Source of the DNA: Minisyncoccia bacterium
Lineage (GTDB): Bacteria > Patescibacteriota > Minisyncoccia > Phycocordibacterales > UBA918
NCBI GenBank assembly: GCA_964229335.1
Contig: CAXRCZ010000002.1
Coordinates: 1 to 23,947 of the forward strand
DNA length: 23,947 bases
Direction: 5' to 3'
This document shows, in pieces, positions 1 through 7,617 of the stretch (position 1 is the stretch's first letter; the number at the start of each line of letters is the position of its first letter). The position numbers and the translations under genes were made by a program. The notes under the pieces were generated by a model. That model worked only from the letters and a program-made list of their open reading frames with translations, had not been told where the DNA came from and ran no database searches.

Positions 1-493
1 GAAGTCTTCGAGAGTGTATGGCAGGTGATGCATGGCCGTCGTCAGTTCGTGGCTTGAGCTGTTCCCTTAAGTGGGGAAACGAACGCAACCCTCGTTGTCT
101 GTTATATGTGTCAGGCGAGACTGCTCCCTCACGGGAGAGGACGGTGAGGATGACGCCAGGTCAGCATGTCCCTTGATGCCTCGGGCTGCACTCGTGATAC
201 AATGGGAAGTACAAAGGGCCGCAATACCGTAAGGTGGAGCAAATCCTGATAAAACTTTCCCCAGTTCGGATTGTGGGCTGCAACTCGCCCACATGAAGTC
301 GGAATCGCTAGTAATCGTGAATCAGCACGTCACGGTGAATACGTTCCCGAGCCTTGTACTCACCGCCCGTCAAGTCAGGGGAGTCGGAAGTGCCCGAAGT
401 CCGTCCTAGTGGCGGCCGACGGTAAATTCGATAACAAGGACTAAGTCGTAACAAGGCACGGCTAGCGGAAGCTGGTCGTGGATTAATTCCAAT
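1..493 (+). rRNA. rrs: 16S rRNA, 3' part (truncated by the window start)
   Basis: Universal 16S motifs: ATGGCCGTCGTCAGTTCGTG, GAACGCAACCCT, GGAATCGCTAGTAATCG, TTGTACTCACCGCCCGTCA, AAGTCGTAACAAGG (443-456), and helix 45 CACGGCTAGC-GGAA-GCTGGTCGTG followed by GGAT (480-483). The 3' end is placed by alignment to the canonical tail and is approximate. Confidence 0.98.
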
Positions 494-688
494 TGGACAC
501 GTTGTCGCACTACTGGTAACAGTACTGCAATGACAGCTAATTGGTCGATGTTGTGTGTATCAATTGAGCACGCAACGAGAGATAATACTCAATTCTCTGA
601 AATGGTATTTGACTCTAGAGAAAGAACTAGTAGTAGCCAAAGGATAAGGCAAAAGAGTTTGTAACTGCTGTGACTATTTAATATAAAA

Positions 689-718
689 ACAAAAACCGGT
701 CAGATGACCGGTTTTTGT
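689..718. terminator. bidirectional intrinsic terminator between 16S and the convergent pilin-like gene
   Basis: Inverted repeat ACAAAAACCGGTCA-GA-TGACCGGTTTTTGT with A and T runs on either side. Confidence 0.8.
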
Positions 719-728
719 ATATAAAAGT

Positions 729-1238
729 TTAGGAGGGGGTTCCGTTTTGAGCGCGACAATCTTCTGGTGGCAACGAGGTTGTCCAAGTATCACCAAAGCC
801 ATAGTCAATAACACAAGGGCGATTTCTATTTTCGGTACCTCCATCGCCACTAGATGCAGGTCTAGACGGGGCTTCAAAATCAAAGGTGTTGTAGTAATCA
901 GGGGTAGGGGCATCTGCTCCGGCAAACCCCAATCCATTAGAGAGTAAGTTTACAATCCCCCAAAAAATCACAATCAAAACAAATCCAAGAACGGTGTAGA
1001 GAGCTAAAGACTTAGCTTTTTGTCGAGATTCGTCTTGTCCAGCACCAAGAATAAAGTACCGTACTACATTAATGATGAAGATTAAAAAGGCGATTCCCAG
1101 TAAAAAGGGAATAACGATGTTATTTAAAAACAGTACAACTTGACCAATAAACTCTTGCGCAGTCTGCGCAGCGAATGAGATGTGCGGCAAAGCGAGTGTG
1201 GTTGCTATTGCGCTATACAAATAAAGACGAGCTTTCAT
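729..1238 (-). CDS. VirB2/TrbC-like pilin (CPR T4SS_pilin type) with C-terminal extension
   Basis: Signal peptide ending ...ISFAA, then two hydrophobic helices (IVIPFLLGIAFLIFIINVVRYF; LALYTVLGFVLIVIFWGIVNLL) joined by a GAGQDESRQKAK loop typical of CPR pilins. TATACT lies 6 nt upstream of ATG. Confidence 0.7.
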   Translation of the reverse strand: MKARLYLYSAIATTLALPHISFAAQTAQEFIGQVVLFLNNIVIPFLLGIAFLIFIINVVRYFILGAGQDESRQKAKSLALYTVLGFVLIVIFWGIVNLLSNGLGFAGADAPTPDYYNTFDFEAPSRPASSGDGGTENRNRPCVIDYGFGDTWTTSLPPEDCRAQNGTPS

Positions 1239-1285
1239 GGGTACAGTATACCGTGCTTATGTACAGCATTGATAATTTCTATACA

Positions 1286-1313
1286 TTGACTTTTTACTAA
1301 AGAATGCTATTAT
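1286..1313 (+). promoter_or_regulatory. sigma70-type promoter for the 1360 ORF
   Basis: TTGACT (1286-1291), 16-nt spacer ending in TGC, TATTAT (1308-1313). Confidence 0.6.
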
Positions 1314-1359
1314 TTTAGCGGAATACTTGATACAGTTTCGTTTTTTTCGGGAGGATTGC

Positions 1360-1758
1360 ATGAAAAAGATTATTTGCCTCGGAGTGGTCTCCGTATCGGC
1401 GCTGTTGGTCGGACTTAGTCTCGACTCACGGCTCTTCCAAGACACTCCCTCGGTATCGACCAGTACAGATGAAGAATCTGCAGTCGAGGTGATCTACCGC
1501 GATGATGAGCGTGAAATCATCAAAGTGATCGATCAGGTCGAATATCGCGGGGGTGATATCGCTTTTGTCGACTACAGCGTCGACCCTCAGGGAGAATGCG
1601 TGGTCGCTTGGATCGAAGCGCGCAGTTTGTTCAGCCATTGCGACGACGTTGCAACCGGCTGGCAGACCCTCTATCACCGATCGGTTCCGGCTGGCACCGA
1701 TTACGGTACGATCAGTATGGAATGGAGCGAAAGATTCGCTCCGTACAACTGGTCGTGA
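1360..1758 (+). CDS. hypothetical secreted or membrane-anchored protein
   Basis: ATG 1360 (MKKIICLGVVSVSALLVGL, signal-like) is preceded by GGGAGG 5 nt upstream. The mature region is acidic, and the gene is followed by hairpins and a terminator. Confidence 0.7.
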   Translation: MKKIICLGVVSVSALLVGLSLDSRLFQDTPSVSTSTDEESAVEVIYRDDEREIIKVIDQVEYRGGDIAFVDYSVDPQGECVVAWIEARSLFSHCDDVATGWQTLYHRSVPAGTDYGTISMEWSERFAPYNWS

Positions 1759-1765
1759 TAATCAG

Positions 1766-1830
1766 GCCAGCGGCGCATAAGTGCGCCGCTGGCACCCAAT
1801 TTCAAGGTCGAGTGTATGCTCGGCTTTTTT
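1766..1830 (+). terminator. 12-bp GC hairpin plus intrinsic terminator
   Basis: GCCAGCGGCGCA-TAAG-TGCGCCGCTGGC (1766-1793), then AAGGTCGAGT-GTAT-GCTCGGCTT followed by a T run (1804-1830). Confidence 0.7.
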
Positions 1831-1882
1831 GTTACCTCTTACATTTTTCTCAAAATTTGCTATAGTACTCCGCACCGCCAGG

Positions 1883-1978
1883 TCTGCGCGAGCTGAATAA
1901 TGCAAACTGCTTTGCATTATTCCTGCTTTCGACCATAGGGAGAAATGAGTCGATGTTTACGAGACTCAAAGGTTGGCT
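1883..1978 (+). repeat. 96-nt structured unit, copy A (tRNA-Ile 5'-half-like ends)
   Basis: Gap-free alignment with 2412-2507 (about 60/96 identical by hand count) with compensatory changes in three hairpins. Confidence 0.85.
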
Positions 1979-2039
1979 AGAACTTTCTCCTGACTTCTTA
2001 CAGAAGCGGTATACCATTTGGATAATTTGTTTTTTCTGT

Positions 2040-2113
2040 CCGCGCTTAGCTCAGTTGGCTAGAGCATTCGACTGATACTCGAAAGGTCCTAGGTTCGAAT
2101 CCTAGAGCGCGGA
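2040..2113 (+). tRNA. tRNA-Ile (anticodon GAT); CCA not encoded
   Basis: Full cloverleaf: acceptor CCGCGCT/AGCGCGG plus A73, D stem GCTC/GAGC, anticodon stem TTCGA/TCGAA with loop CTGATAC (GAT at 2074-2076), T arm CTAGG-TTCGAAT-CCTAG. Confidence 0.96.
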
Positions 2114-2166
2114 CAAAAAACGCAAATTACCTCAAATGGTCTTGCGAATCATCTCCAATGATTCTC

Positions 2167-2519
2167 ACTCGAAAGGTCCTAGGCTAAAGTAATCTGGGAG
2201 ATTACTTTAGAATCTTGCCAGGCATTTTAGAGTTTGTGAATAAAATGGCGACAAGATGTACTGAAACTGTAAGTTTCGAATCCATGGCAGCCTGCTACAA
2301 CCAGAAATCTTCCTAGGCAGGTCGATTCTGGTTAAGCATCTGCATAAGCAAAATATAGTCGTCGTTGCACTTCTCTTGATTTTGCTTAAGCGCGGACAGT
2401 GCAGTGAACTTTCCGCGCGAGCTGAAATCCCTGACCTGCGTCAGGGATTTCCCGTTCTTGAGCAAAGCGAAAGACGAACCAATGTTTACAAAGTTCGAGG
2501 GTTGGCTGCATTCGACTGA
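2167..2519 (+). other. fragmented, permuted tRNA-Ile-like copy with structured insertions
   Basis: Exact tRNA matches at 2167-2183, 2275-2283 and 2389-2398 (3' half), followed by 5'-half matches at 2412-2423, 2501-2507 and 2508-2519. Confidence 0.75.
2412..2507 (+). repeat. 96-nt structured unit, copy B
   Basis: Colinear with 1883-1978 at a constant offset of 529 nt; 12-bp hairpin with CTGC loop; invariant ATGTTTAC loop. Confidence 0.85.
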
Positions 2520-2574
2520 ATCTTGAACTATTTCATTACCTTTATATCGCTACTAGTTAGCGTATACTTGACCA

Positions 2575-3684
2575 ATGGCACCAAAAAATGAACTAAAACG
2601 AGCGACCTGGCTAGAGCTATTTTATGACGTAGCCTTTGTTGCGCTGGTGGCTCAACTCACCTATCTTGTTGCTGAAAATCACGACACTCTTACTAATTTC
2701 GCAAATATATTTATCATCGGCTACAGCATATTCATAGCGTGGTGGGCCACGACTGCTAACCGAAATTTACAACCGGATGAAACTTCCGCGGATAAGCTGC
2801 TCGTCCAGACCCAAATGATTGGCGCCTTCTTTATGAGTATCACTATGGCAGCCACGTTTGAGGGGAATTACATCGGTTTTTTCGCTACGTTGGGAGGTGT
2901 ACGCTTACTCCAATCACTGGTGTTGGTGCGAATGTACATCAAGCATCCAGAAAAGCGTCCAGTCACGTACAATATTTTGCAAGGCTTTGTAGCAGCTAGT
3001 CTAGTCTGGTTTGTCAGTGGATTTATCATGGCACCCTATCACTTTGTGGTGGCAGGAGCAGCACTGCTGATAGACATCCTCACTCCTCTGACCAGAGGAA
3101 AAGGGAACACAGTTCGATATTTGAATGTCTACCATCTTCAAGAACGACTTGGCTTGTTTCTTATGTTGGTCATTGGTGAAAGTATGATAGTGGTGGCACT
3201 TTCCAATACTGCCAGTGAACTGAGTATCAACGAGCCAGCGATATTATTTTCTGGTCTCGGTCTCATGGTCGCTCTATGGTGGTTGTATTTTGAGCACAAT
3301 GATTGTCATCAGGGAGTTCGTCCAAAGAATTTATTTACCTTTATTCATTCTCACGCCTTTTTGTTTGGGAGTATTATCTTGCTTTCGGTAGGATATAAAT
3401 TGATTCTCGAGTTTCAAGCTGAAACCGGACTCATCTTTGTGTTGCTCGGGGCTTCTGGTATCGCCCTCTCAATCGGACTAATAAGAGCCATGTTATATAG
3501 ATTCCGGGGAAGAGCATTCATTATCAGTGCTATGTTGCTCGTACTCTTTATTTTAATTGTGTATATCGGTCTTATTCAAGGGCAATATCTCACCTCAGTG
3601 GTAGCAGTATCAGCCTTCTTCTTACTGGTAGCACTACTCGACTATCGTGGCAGCTTCCGCACGATTGCGAAAACGGTCAGGTGA
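2575..3684 (+). CDS. ltrA: low temperature requirement protein A family membrane protein
   Basis: Family motifs RATWLELFYDVAFV, HLQERLGLFLMLVIGES and LWWLYF; multiple TM helices. Confidence 0.9.
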   Translation: MAPKNELKRATWLELFYDVAFVALVAQLTYLVAENHDTLTNFANIFIIGYSIFIAWWATTANRNLQPDETSADKLLVQTQMIGAFFMSITMAATFEGNYIGFFATLGGVRLLQSLVLVRMYIKHPEKRPVTYNILQGFVAASLVWFVSGFIMAPYHFVVAGAALLIDILTPLTRGKGNTVRYLNVYHLQERLGLFLMLVIGESMIVVALSNTASELSINEPAILFSGLGLMVALWWLYFEHNDCHQGVRPKNLFTFIHSHAFLFGSIILLSVGYKLILEFQAETGLIFVLLGASGIALSIGLIRAMLYRFRGRAFIISAMLLVLFILIVYIGLIQGQYLTSVVAVSAFFLLVALLDYRGSFRTIAKTVR

Positions 3685-3686
3685 AT

Positions 3687-3908
3687 TTAATTGTTGTTTA
3701 AATTTTCAAAGTCAGTAATTTCTTCAATAGGAGTTTTGGCACGTTCTTCTTTCGCAGTCGACTGCTCTTTTAGTTCAGCGGCGGTTTTAGCAAAATCAGT
3801 AACCATAGTGTAGACAAATAGAGCAAACGCAATAATCAATCCCCAAGCTACAAACGGAAAAATAAAGTGAGATTCTAAGCGAGTGTCTTTATTATAAATT
3901 CGCTTCAT
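3687..3908 (-). CDS. small single-pass membrane protein, hypothetical
   Basis: 73 aa with one TM segment (FIFPFVAWGLIIAFALFVYTMV) and a charged helical tail. GGTATACT lies 7 nt upstream of ATG, and the ORF fills the intergenic gap. Confidence 0.7.
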   Translation of the reverse strand: MKRIYNKDTRLESHFIFPFVAWGLIIAFALFVYTMVTDFAKTAAELKEQSTAKEERAKTPIEEITDFENLNNN

Positions 3909-3971
3909 TACTAAAAGTATACCCCAGCTTGCTAGCCAGAAACCGGTTTTTTTCCTATGATGTCAGTATCT

Positions 3972-5333
3972 ATGAGAGACTACGAAAATTTTTTTGCTGG
4001 AAAAAAGGTGACGGTAATGGGGTTAGGTTTACTCGGTCGCGGTGTGGGTGACGCCGCTCTGATTGCCGAGGCTGGCGCTGCTGAAGTAATAGTGACTGAC
4101 CTTAAGCCAGAGGCCGAACTGCAAGCATCAGTCGAACAACTTAAACAGTATGAATCAATCAAATTTGTATTAGGAGAACATCGACTAGAGGATTTTACCG
4201 ATAGAGACATTGTGCTGGTAGCGGCTGGAGTGCCGTTTGACTCACAGTATGTCAATAAAGCTAAACAATCATCTAAGAAAGTGACACAGAGCGCAGCGCT
4301 GTTTGCAGAGATTTCGAAAGTGCCAATTATCGGGGTCACTGGTACCAGAGGTAAGAGTACGGTGACGATGATGATTCATCACTGTCTTGAGGCTATTACT
4401 GGAGAAAAAATATTGCTCGGTGGCAATATTCGCGGCGTCTCCAATCTTCAGTTGCTCAAAGAAGTAAAAGCAGATTCGCTGTGTGTGATGGAGCTAGATA
4501 GCTGGCAGCTGCAAGGATTTGGTTGGGCTGGTATTAGTCCGCAAATCGCTGTGTTTACTAACTTCATGGAAGATCATCTCAACTATTACACTCGTGATGA
4601 TTCCAAGGCAGATGCTATGGCGCGTTATTTTAAAGACAAAGCCAACATATTTCTTAATCAAGACGAGTCGGGAACCTTGGTTACAACTAGTGAGGTATTT
4701 GAGTGGATAAAAAAAGTTTTGCCAGATTATGCGCTCGGTCAAGAAATAGTCTTAACAGACAGCTCTTTATTACCAGAAGAAGCCCATCTAGCAGTACCCG
4801 GTGCACACAATCGTCTCAACGCTGCTTTGGCAGTGTCAGCACTTAAGGCACTCAGTCTCCAAGAGTCGGTTATCTATGAAGCGCTAGCCATATTCGGGGG
4901 AGTAGAAGGGCGGCTGCAGTTTGTAAAGACAGTCGATAATGTGCGTATCTACAACGACAACAACGCTACCACCCCACAAGCTACTACCGCGGCACTTGAA
5001 GCGTTAGATTTAGGTAATAAAAATTTGATATTAATTGCCGGCGGAGCTGACAAAAACATCCCGATTGAAAACCTAGCGTATGCTATCAACCAGCATTGTA
5101 AGCATGTTGTTCTCACTCCCGGTAGCGGCACCGACACTTTATTAGAATTGGTACATGCTGGCCCAACTTCAGTGAGTGTGGTTGAGCACTTATCAGCAGC
5201 CATGACTACTGCAGTGGACACTGCTGAAGCTGGTGACATCATCCTCTTTAGTCCAGCCTTTGCATCATTCTCTCAATACAAAAATGAATACGAGCGCAAC
5301 GACGAATTCATGCGCTTGGTTGAAAAATTATGA
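3972..5333 (+). CDS. murD: UDP-N-acetylmuramoyl-L-alanine--D-glutamate ligase
   Basis: N-terminal GLGxxG, P-loop GTRGKST, GGNI, ELDSWQL, DHLNYY, NDNNATT, SPAFASF. The start could instead be 3957 or 3960. Confidence 0.95.
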   Translation: MRDYENFFAGKKVTVMGLGLLGRGVGDAALIAEAGAAEVIVTDLKPEAELQASVEQLKQYESIKFVLGEHRLEDFTDRDIVLVAAGVPFDSQYVNKAKQSSKKVTQSAALFAEISKVPIIGVTGTRGKSTVTMMIHHCLEAITGEKILLGGNIRGVSNLQLLKEVKADSLCVMELDSWQLQGFGWAGISPQIAVFTNFMEDHLNYYTRDDSKADAMARYFKDKANIFLNQDESGTLVTTSEVFEWIKKVLPDYALGQEIVLTDSSLLPEEAHLAVPGAHNRLNAALAVSALKALSLQESVIYEALAIFGGVEGRLQFVKTVDNVRIYNDNNATTPQATTAALEALDLGNKNLILIAGGADKNIPIENLAYAINQHCKHVVLTPGSGTDTLLELVHAGPTSVSVVEHLSAAMTTAVDTAEAGDIILFSPAFASFSQYKNEYERNDEFMRLVEKL

Positions 5334-6091
5334 TTGGAGTAATTGATTCCGGCTCTGGCGGCTTAGGAGTCCTGAAGGCACTTATTGAAACTTTGCCGCC
5401 AACAGAGTACTTATATTTCGGTGATATTAAAAACGCTCCCTACGGCGAAAAGACGCCGGCTGAACTATCTAGACTAACCATAGAATCATTAAAATTTCTT
5501 AAACAACACGATGTTCAGCAGGTGGTAAGTGCTTGTAATAGTGTGTCGGCTTCAATGGCTATTTCGTTGTTTGATACACTTCTATCGTCACAACAGATTA
5601 TCGAGATGGTAGGTCCGACGGTGGCACATTTTCCACCCAGCAATCAGCGTATTGCGATCTGTGCCACGCCAGCCACTATTACATCTCAGATGTATCAAAA
5701 TGGATTCTATCTTTTTGGTCATACTGATGTAGTGGCTATACCGCTTCCTGATTTGGCTCGCCAAATTGAATTTGGAGAAAGTGAAGAGTCTATTAAAGAT
5801 ACTATTACTACTGCCGTAGAGCCCCGCCTTGGTTCCTTCGACACGCTTATCCTTGGTTGTACGCACTATCCACTGGTCAAAAAAGTGTTTGAAGAGGTGG
5901 TTGGAGAAAAAGTCGCTGTGTATGACCCGGCACACACTGTGGCAGAGCGAGCTCAAAAACTATTTGCTTTAGATAATGCTACTGATAAAACAAGCGTACG
6001 TTTTGTCATCAGTCAAGATTCGCAGCCATTTAGAGACTATGTGGTGGATTTTTTCTCAGACATTGAACACACTATTGAAGTCGCGCCATAG
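5330..6091 (+). CDS. murI: glutamate racemase
   Basis: DSGSGG, PYGEK and catalytic Cys motifs ACNS and GCTHYP; ATGA overlap with murD. Confidence 0.95.
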   Translation: MIGVIDSGSGGLGVLKALIETLPPTEYLYFGDIKNAPYGEKTPAELSRLTIESLKFLKQHDVQQVVSACNSVSASMAISLFDTLLSSQQIIEMVGPTVAHFPPSNQRIAICATPATITSQMYQNGFYLFGHTDVVAIPLPDLARQIEFGESEESIKDTITTAVEPRLGSFDTLILGCTHYPLVKKVFEEVVGEKVAVYDPAHTVAERAQKLFALDNATDKTSVRFVISQDSQPFRDYVVDFFSDIEHTIEVAP

Positions 6092-6149
6092 CCCACAGAG
6101 GTTGTGAACTTACCAACTAGGGTAGTGGTGTGCTATCGTGCTGGGATAT

Positions 6150-7448
6150 ATGACAACAGTAGACATCAGCAAGATAGAACGAGTTCATTTTATCGGGATT
6201 GGCGGGATTGGCATGTCTGGTTTAGCCAGGTTTTTTGCGCATGAAAAAAAGATTGTAAGTGGTTCTGATCGCTCATTAACTCCGCTTACCAAAACCCTGA
6301 GTGAAGAAGGAATGACTATTTATAGTTCTCAAGTCCCAGAAAATCTTTCCAAAGACATTCAGCTGGTTGTGTACACCGAAGCAATGCCGGAAGATCATCC
6401 AGAAATGGCGGCAGCTCGAGCTTTGAAAGTGCCAATGATGAATTATTTTGAGGCTTTAGGACTGGTCGCCAATCCCTACTATCTGATAGCCGTAGCCGGT
6501 ACCCACGGCAAGACCACTACTACCGCCATGCTGACCGATGTGTTTGAAGGGTGCGAAAAAGACCCGACGGCTATCATCGGCTCACTGCGCGCCAAGACTG
6601 GCAGTAACTACCGGGCTGGGCGGAGCAAGTACGCTATCGTCGAAGCCTGCGAGTACAAGCAAAATTTCTTCTCCCTGACGCCTGATGTCTTAGTCATCAC
6701 TAACCTAGAACACGAACATGTCGATTGCTATGAAGACCTGGCTGCTGTACAGGAAGCCTTCAAGCACTTACTATCACAAGTGAATGAGGGTGGGGTGGTA
6801 ATCGCTAACACCAGCGACCCAAAGGTAGCGCCAGTGCTGAAAAATTCTCCAGTAAAAGTAATTGATTATAGTCAATACATTGACCCAACTCTCGACTTAA
6901 AGTTGCCAGGCCTTCACAACTTACAAAACGCCGCCGCCGCTACTGCAGTCGCTCGGCACGAGAAGCTAGACCCTGATGCGATTGAAGAGTCACTCGAAAA
7001 ATTTGCTGGGGTGTGGCGCCGCTTTGAATATAAAGGGGAGTTGAATGGTGCATTGGTCTACGATGATTATGGACACCATCCGACCGAAATCAAAGCCACT
7101 CTAGAAGGCGCTCGTCAGAAGTATCCAGACAAGAATATTGTAGTCGTATACGAACCTCACACCTACTCACGCACCGCGGCGATGTTTGATGAGTTTGCCA
7201 AGGTGTTCGCGTACGCTGACCAGATGATTTTACTCCCTATCTACGCCGCTCGTGACGAAGACCCACATGGAGTCACCAGTCGAGAGTTGGCGGTAAAGGC
7301 GTTGGAATACAATAAGAACGTAACTTTCTTAAAGAATTATGAAGAGGTGGTAGTAGCGTTACATCAAGGAGTAGGAGAGAACGATGTCGTGATTGTGATG
7401 GGTGCGGGGCCGGTGACGAAAGTCGCAGAACTATTAGTGTCAAAATAA
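6150..7448 (+). CDS. murC: UDP-N-acetylmuramate--L-alanine ligase
   Basis: HFIGIGGIGMSGLA, GTHGKTTT, EACEY, DDYGHHPTEI, EPHTYSRT, MGAG. ATG 6150 is preferred over GTG 6138. Confidence 0.95.
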   Translation: MTTVDISKIERVHFIGIGGIGMSGLARFFAHEKKIVSGSDRSLTPLTKTLSEEGMTIYSSQVPENLSKDIQLVVYTEAMPEDHPEMAAARALKVPMMNYFEALGLVANPYYLIAVAGTHGKTTTTAMLTDVFEGCEKDPTAIIGSLRAKTGSNYRAGRSKYAIVEACEYKQNFFSLTPDVLVITNLEHEHVDCYEDLAAVQEAFKHLLSQVNEGGVVIANTSDPKVAPVLKNSPVKVIDYSQYIDPTLDLKLPGLHNLQNAAAATAVARHEKLDPDAIEESLEKFAGVWRRFEYKGELNGALVYDDYGHHPTEIKATLEGARQKYPDKNIVVVYEPHTYSRTAAMFDEFAKVFAYADQMILLPIYAARDEDPHGVTSRELAVKALEYNKNVTFLKNYEEVVVALHQGVGENDVVIVMGAGPVTKVAELLVSK

Positions 7449-7568
7449 AAGTCGCCAAATCGGCGCACTTCTTTGTCATCCAGCGTAAAATAATCCTCAC
7501 CGTACAATAAAGTACGACTCGTCTCATTGATACTTAGGTTCCTTGAATTACACTCAATTTGGCGACTT
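7449..7568. repeat. 120-bp segment bounded by perfect 12-bp inverted repeats
   Basis: AAGTCGCCAAAT (7449-7460) and ATTTGGCGACTT (7557-7568). Confidence 0.7.
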
Positions 7569-7580
7569 ATAGTAGGGTAG

Positions 7581-7608
7581 GTAATCACCGCATTAATGCG
7601 GTGATTAC
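7581..7608. repeat. perfect 28-bp palindrome
   Basis: GTAATCACCGCATT|AATGCGGTGATTAC. Confidence 0.85.
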
Positions 7609-7617
7609 TAAATATAG

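Noticed and set aside
67-294. 75-aa minus-strand ORF
   Set aside because: It lies antisense within the 16S rRNA.
2167-2183. attR of an intact prophage or island integrated at tRNA-Ile
   Set aside because: The duplicate lies only ~50 nt from the tRNA and there is no integrase in the window; at most a scar, and it does not explain the other ordered fragments.
1870-2525. CRISPR array, tmRNA, RNase P RNA or group I intron as the explanation of the structured region
   Set aside because: There are no regularly spaced identical repeats or cas genes, no Ala-type acceptor or tag ORF, and no RNase P P4 motif. The inserts (76-105 nt) are too short for group I cores.
2575-5333. Genetic code 25 (TGA = Gly) as in Gracilibacteria
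   Set aside because: Conserved genes are full length under code 11, and ltrA and murD end at TGA at their expected C-termini.
7273-7588. Minus-strand ORFs 7273-7527 and 7364-7588
   Set aside because: They overlap murC antisense and the inverted-repeat region, with no recognisable protein features.
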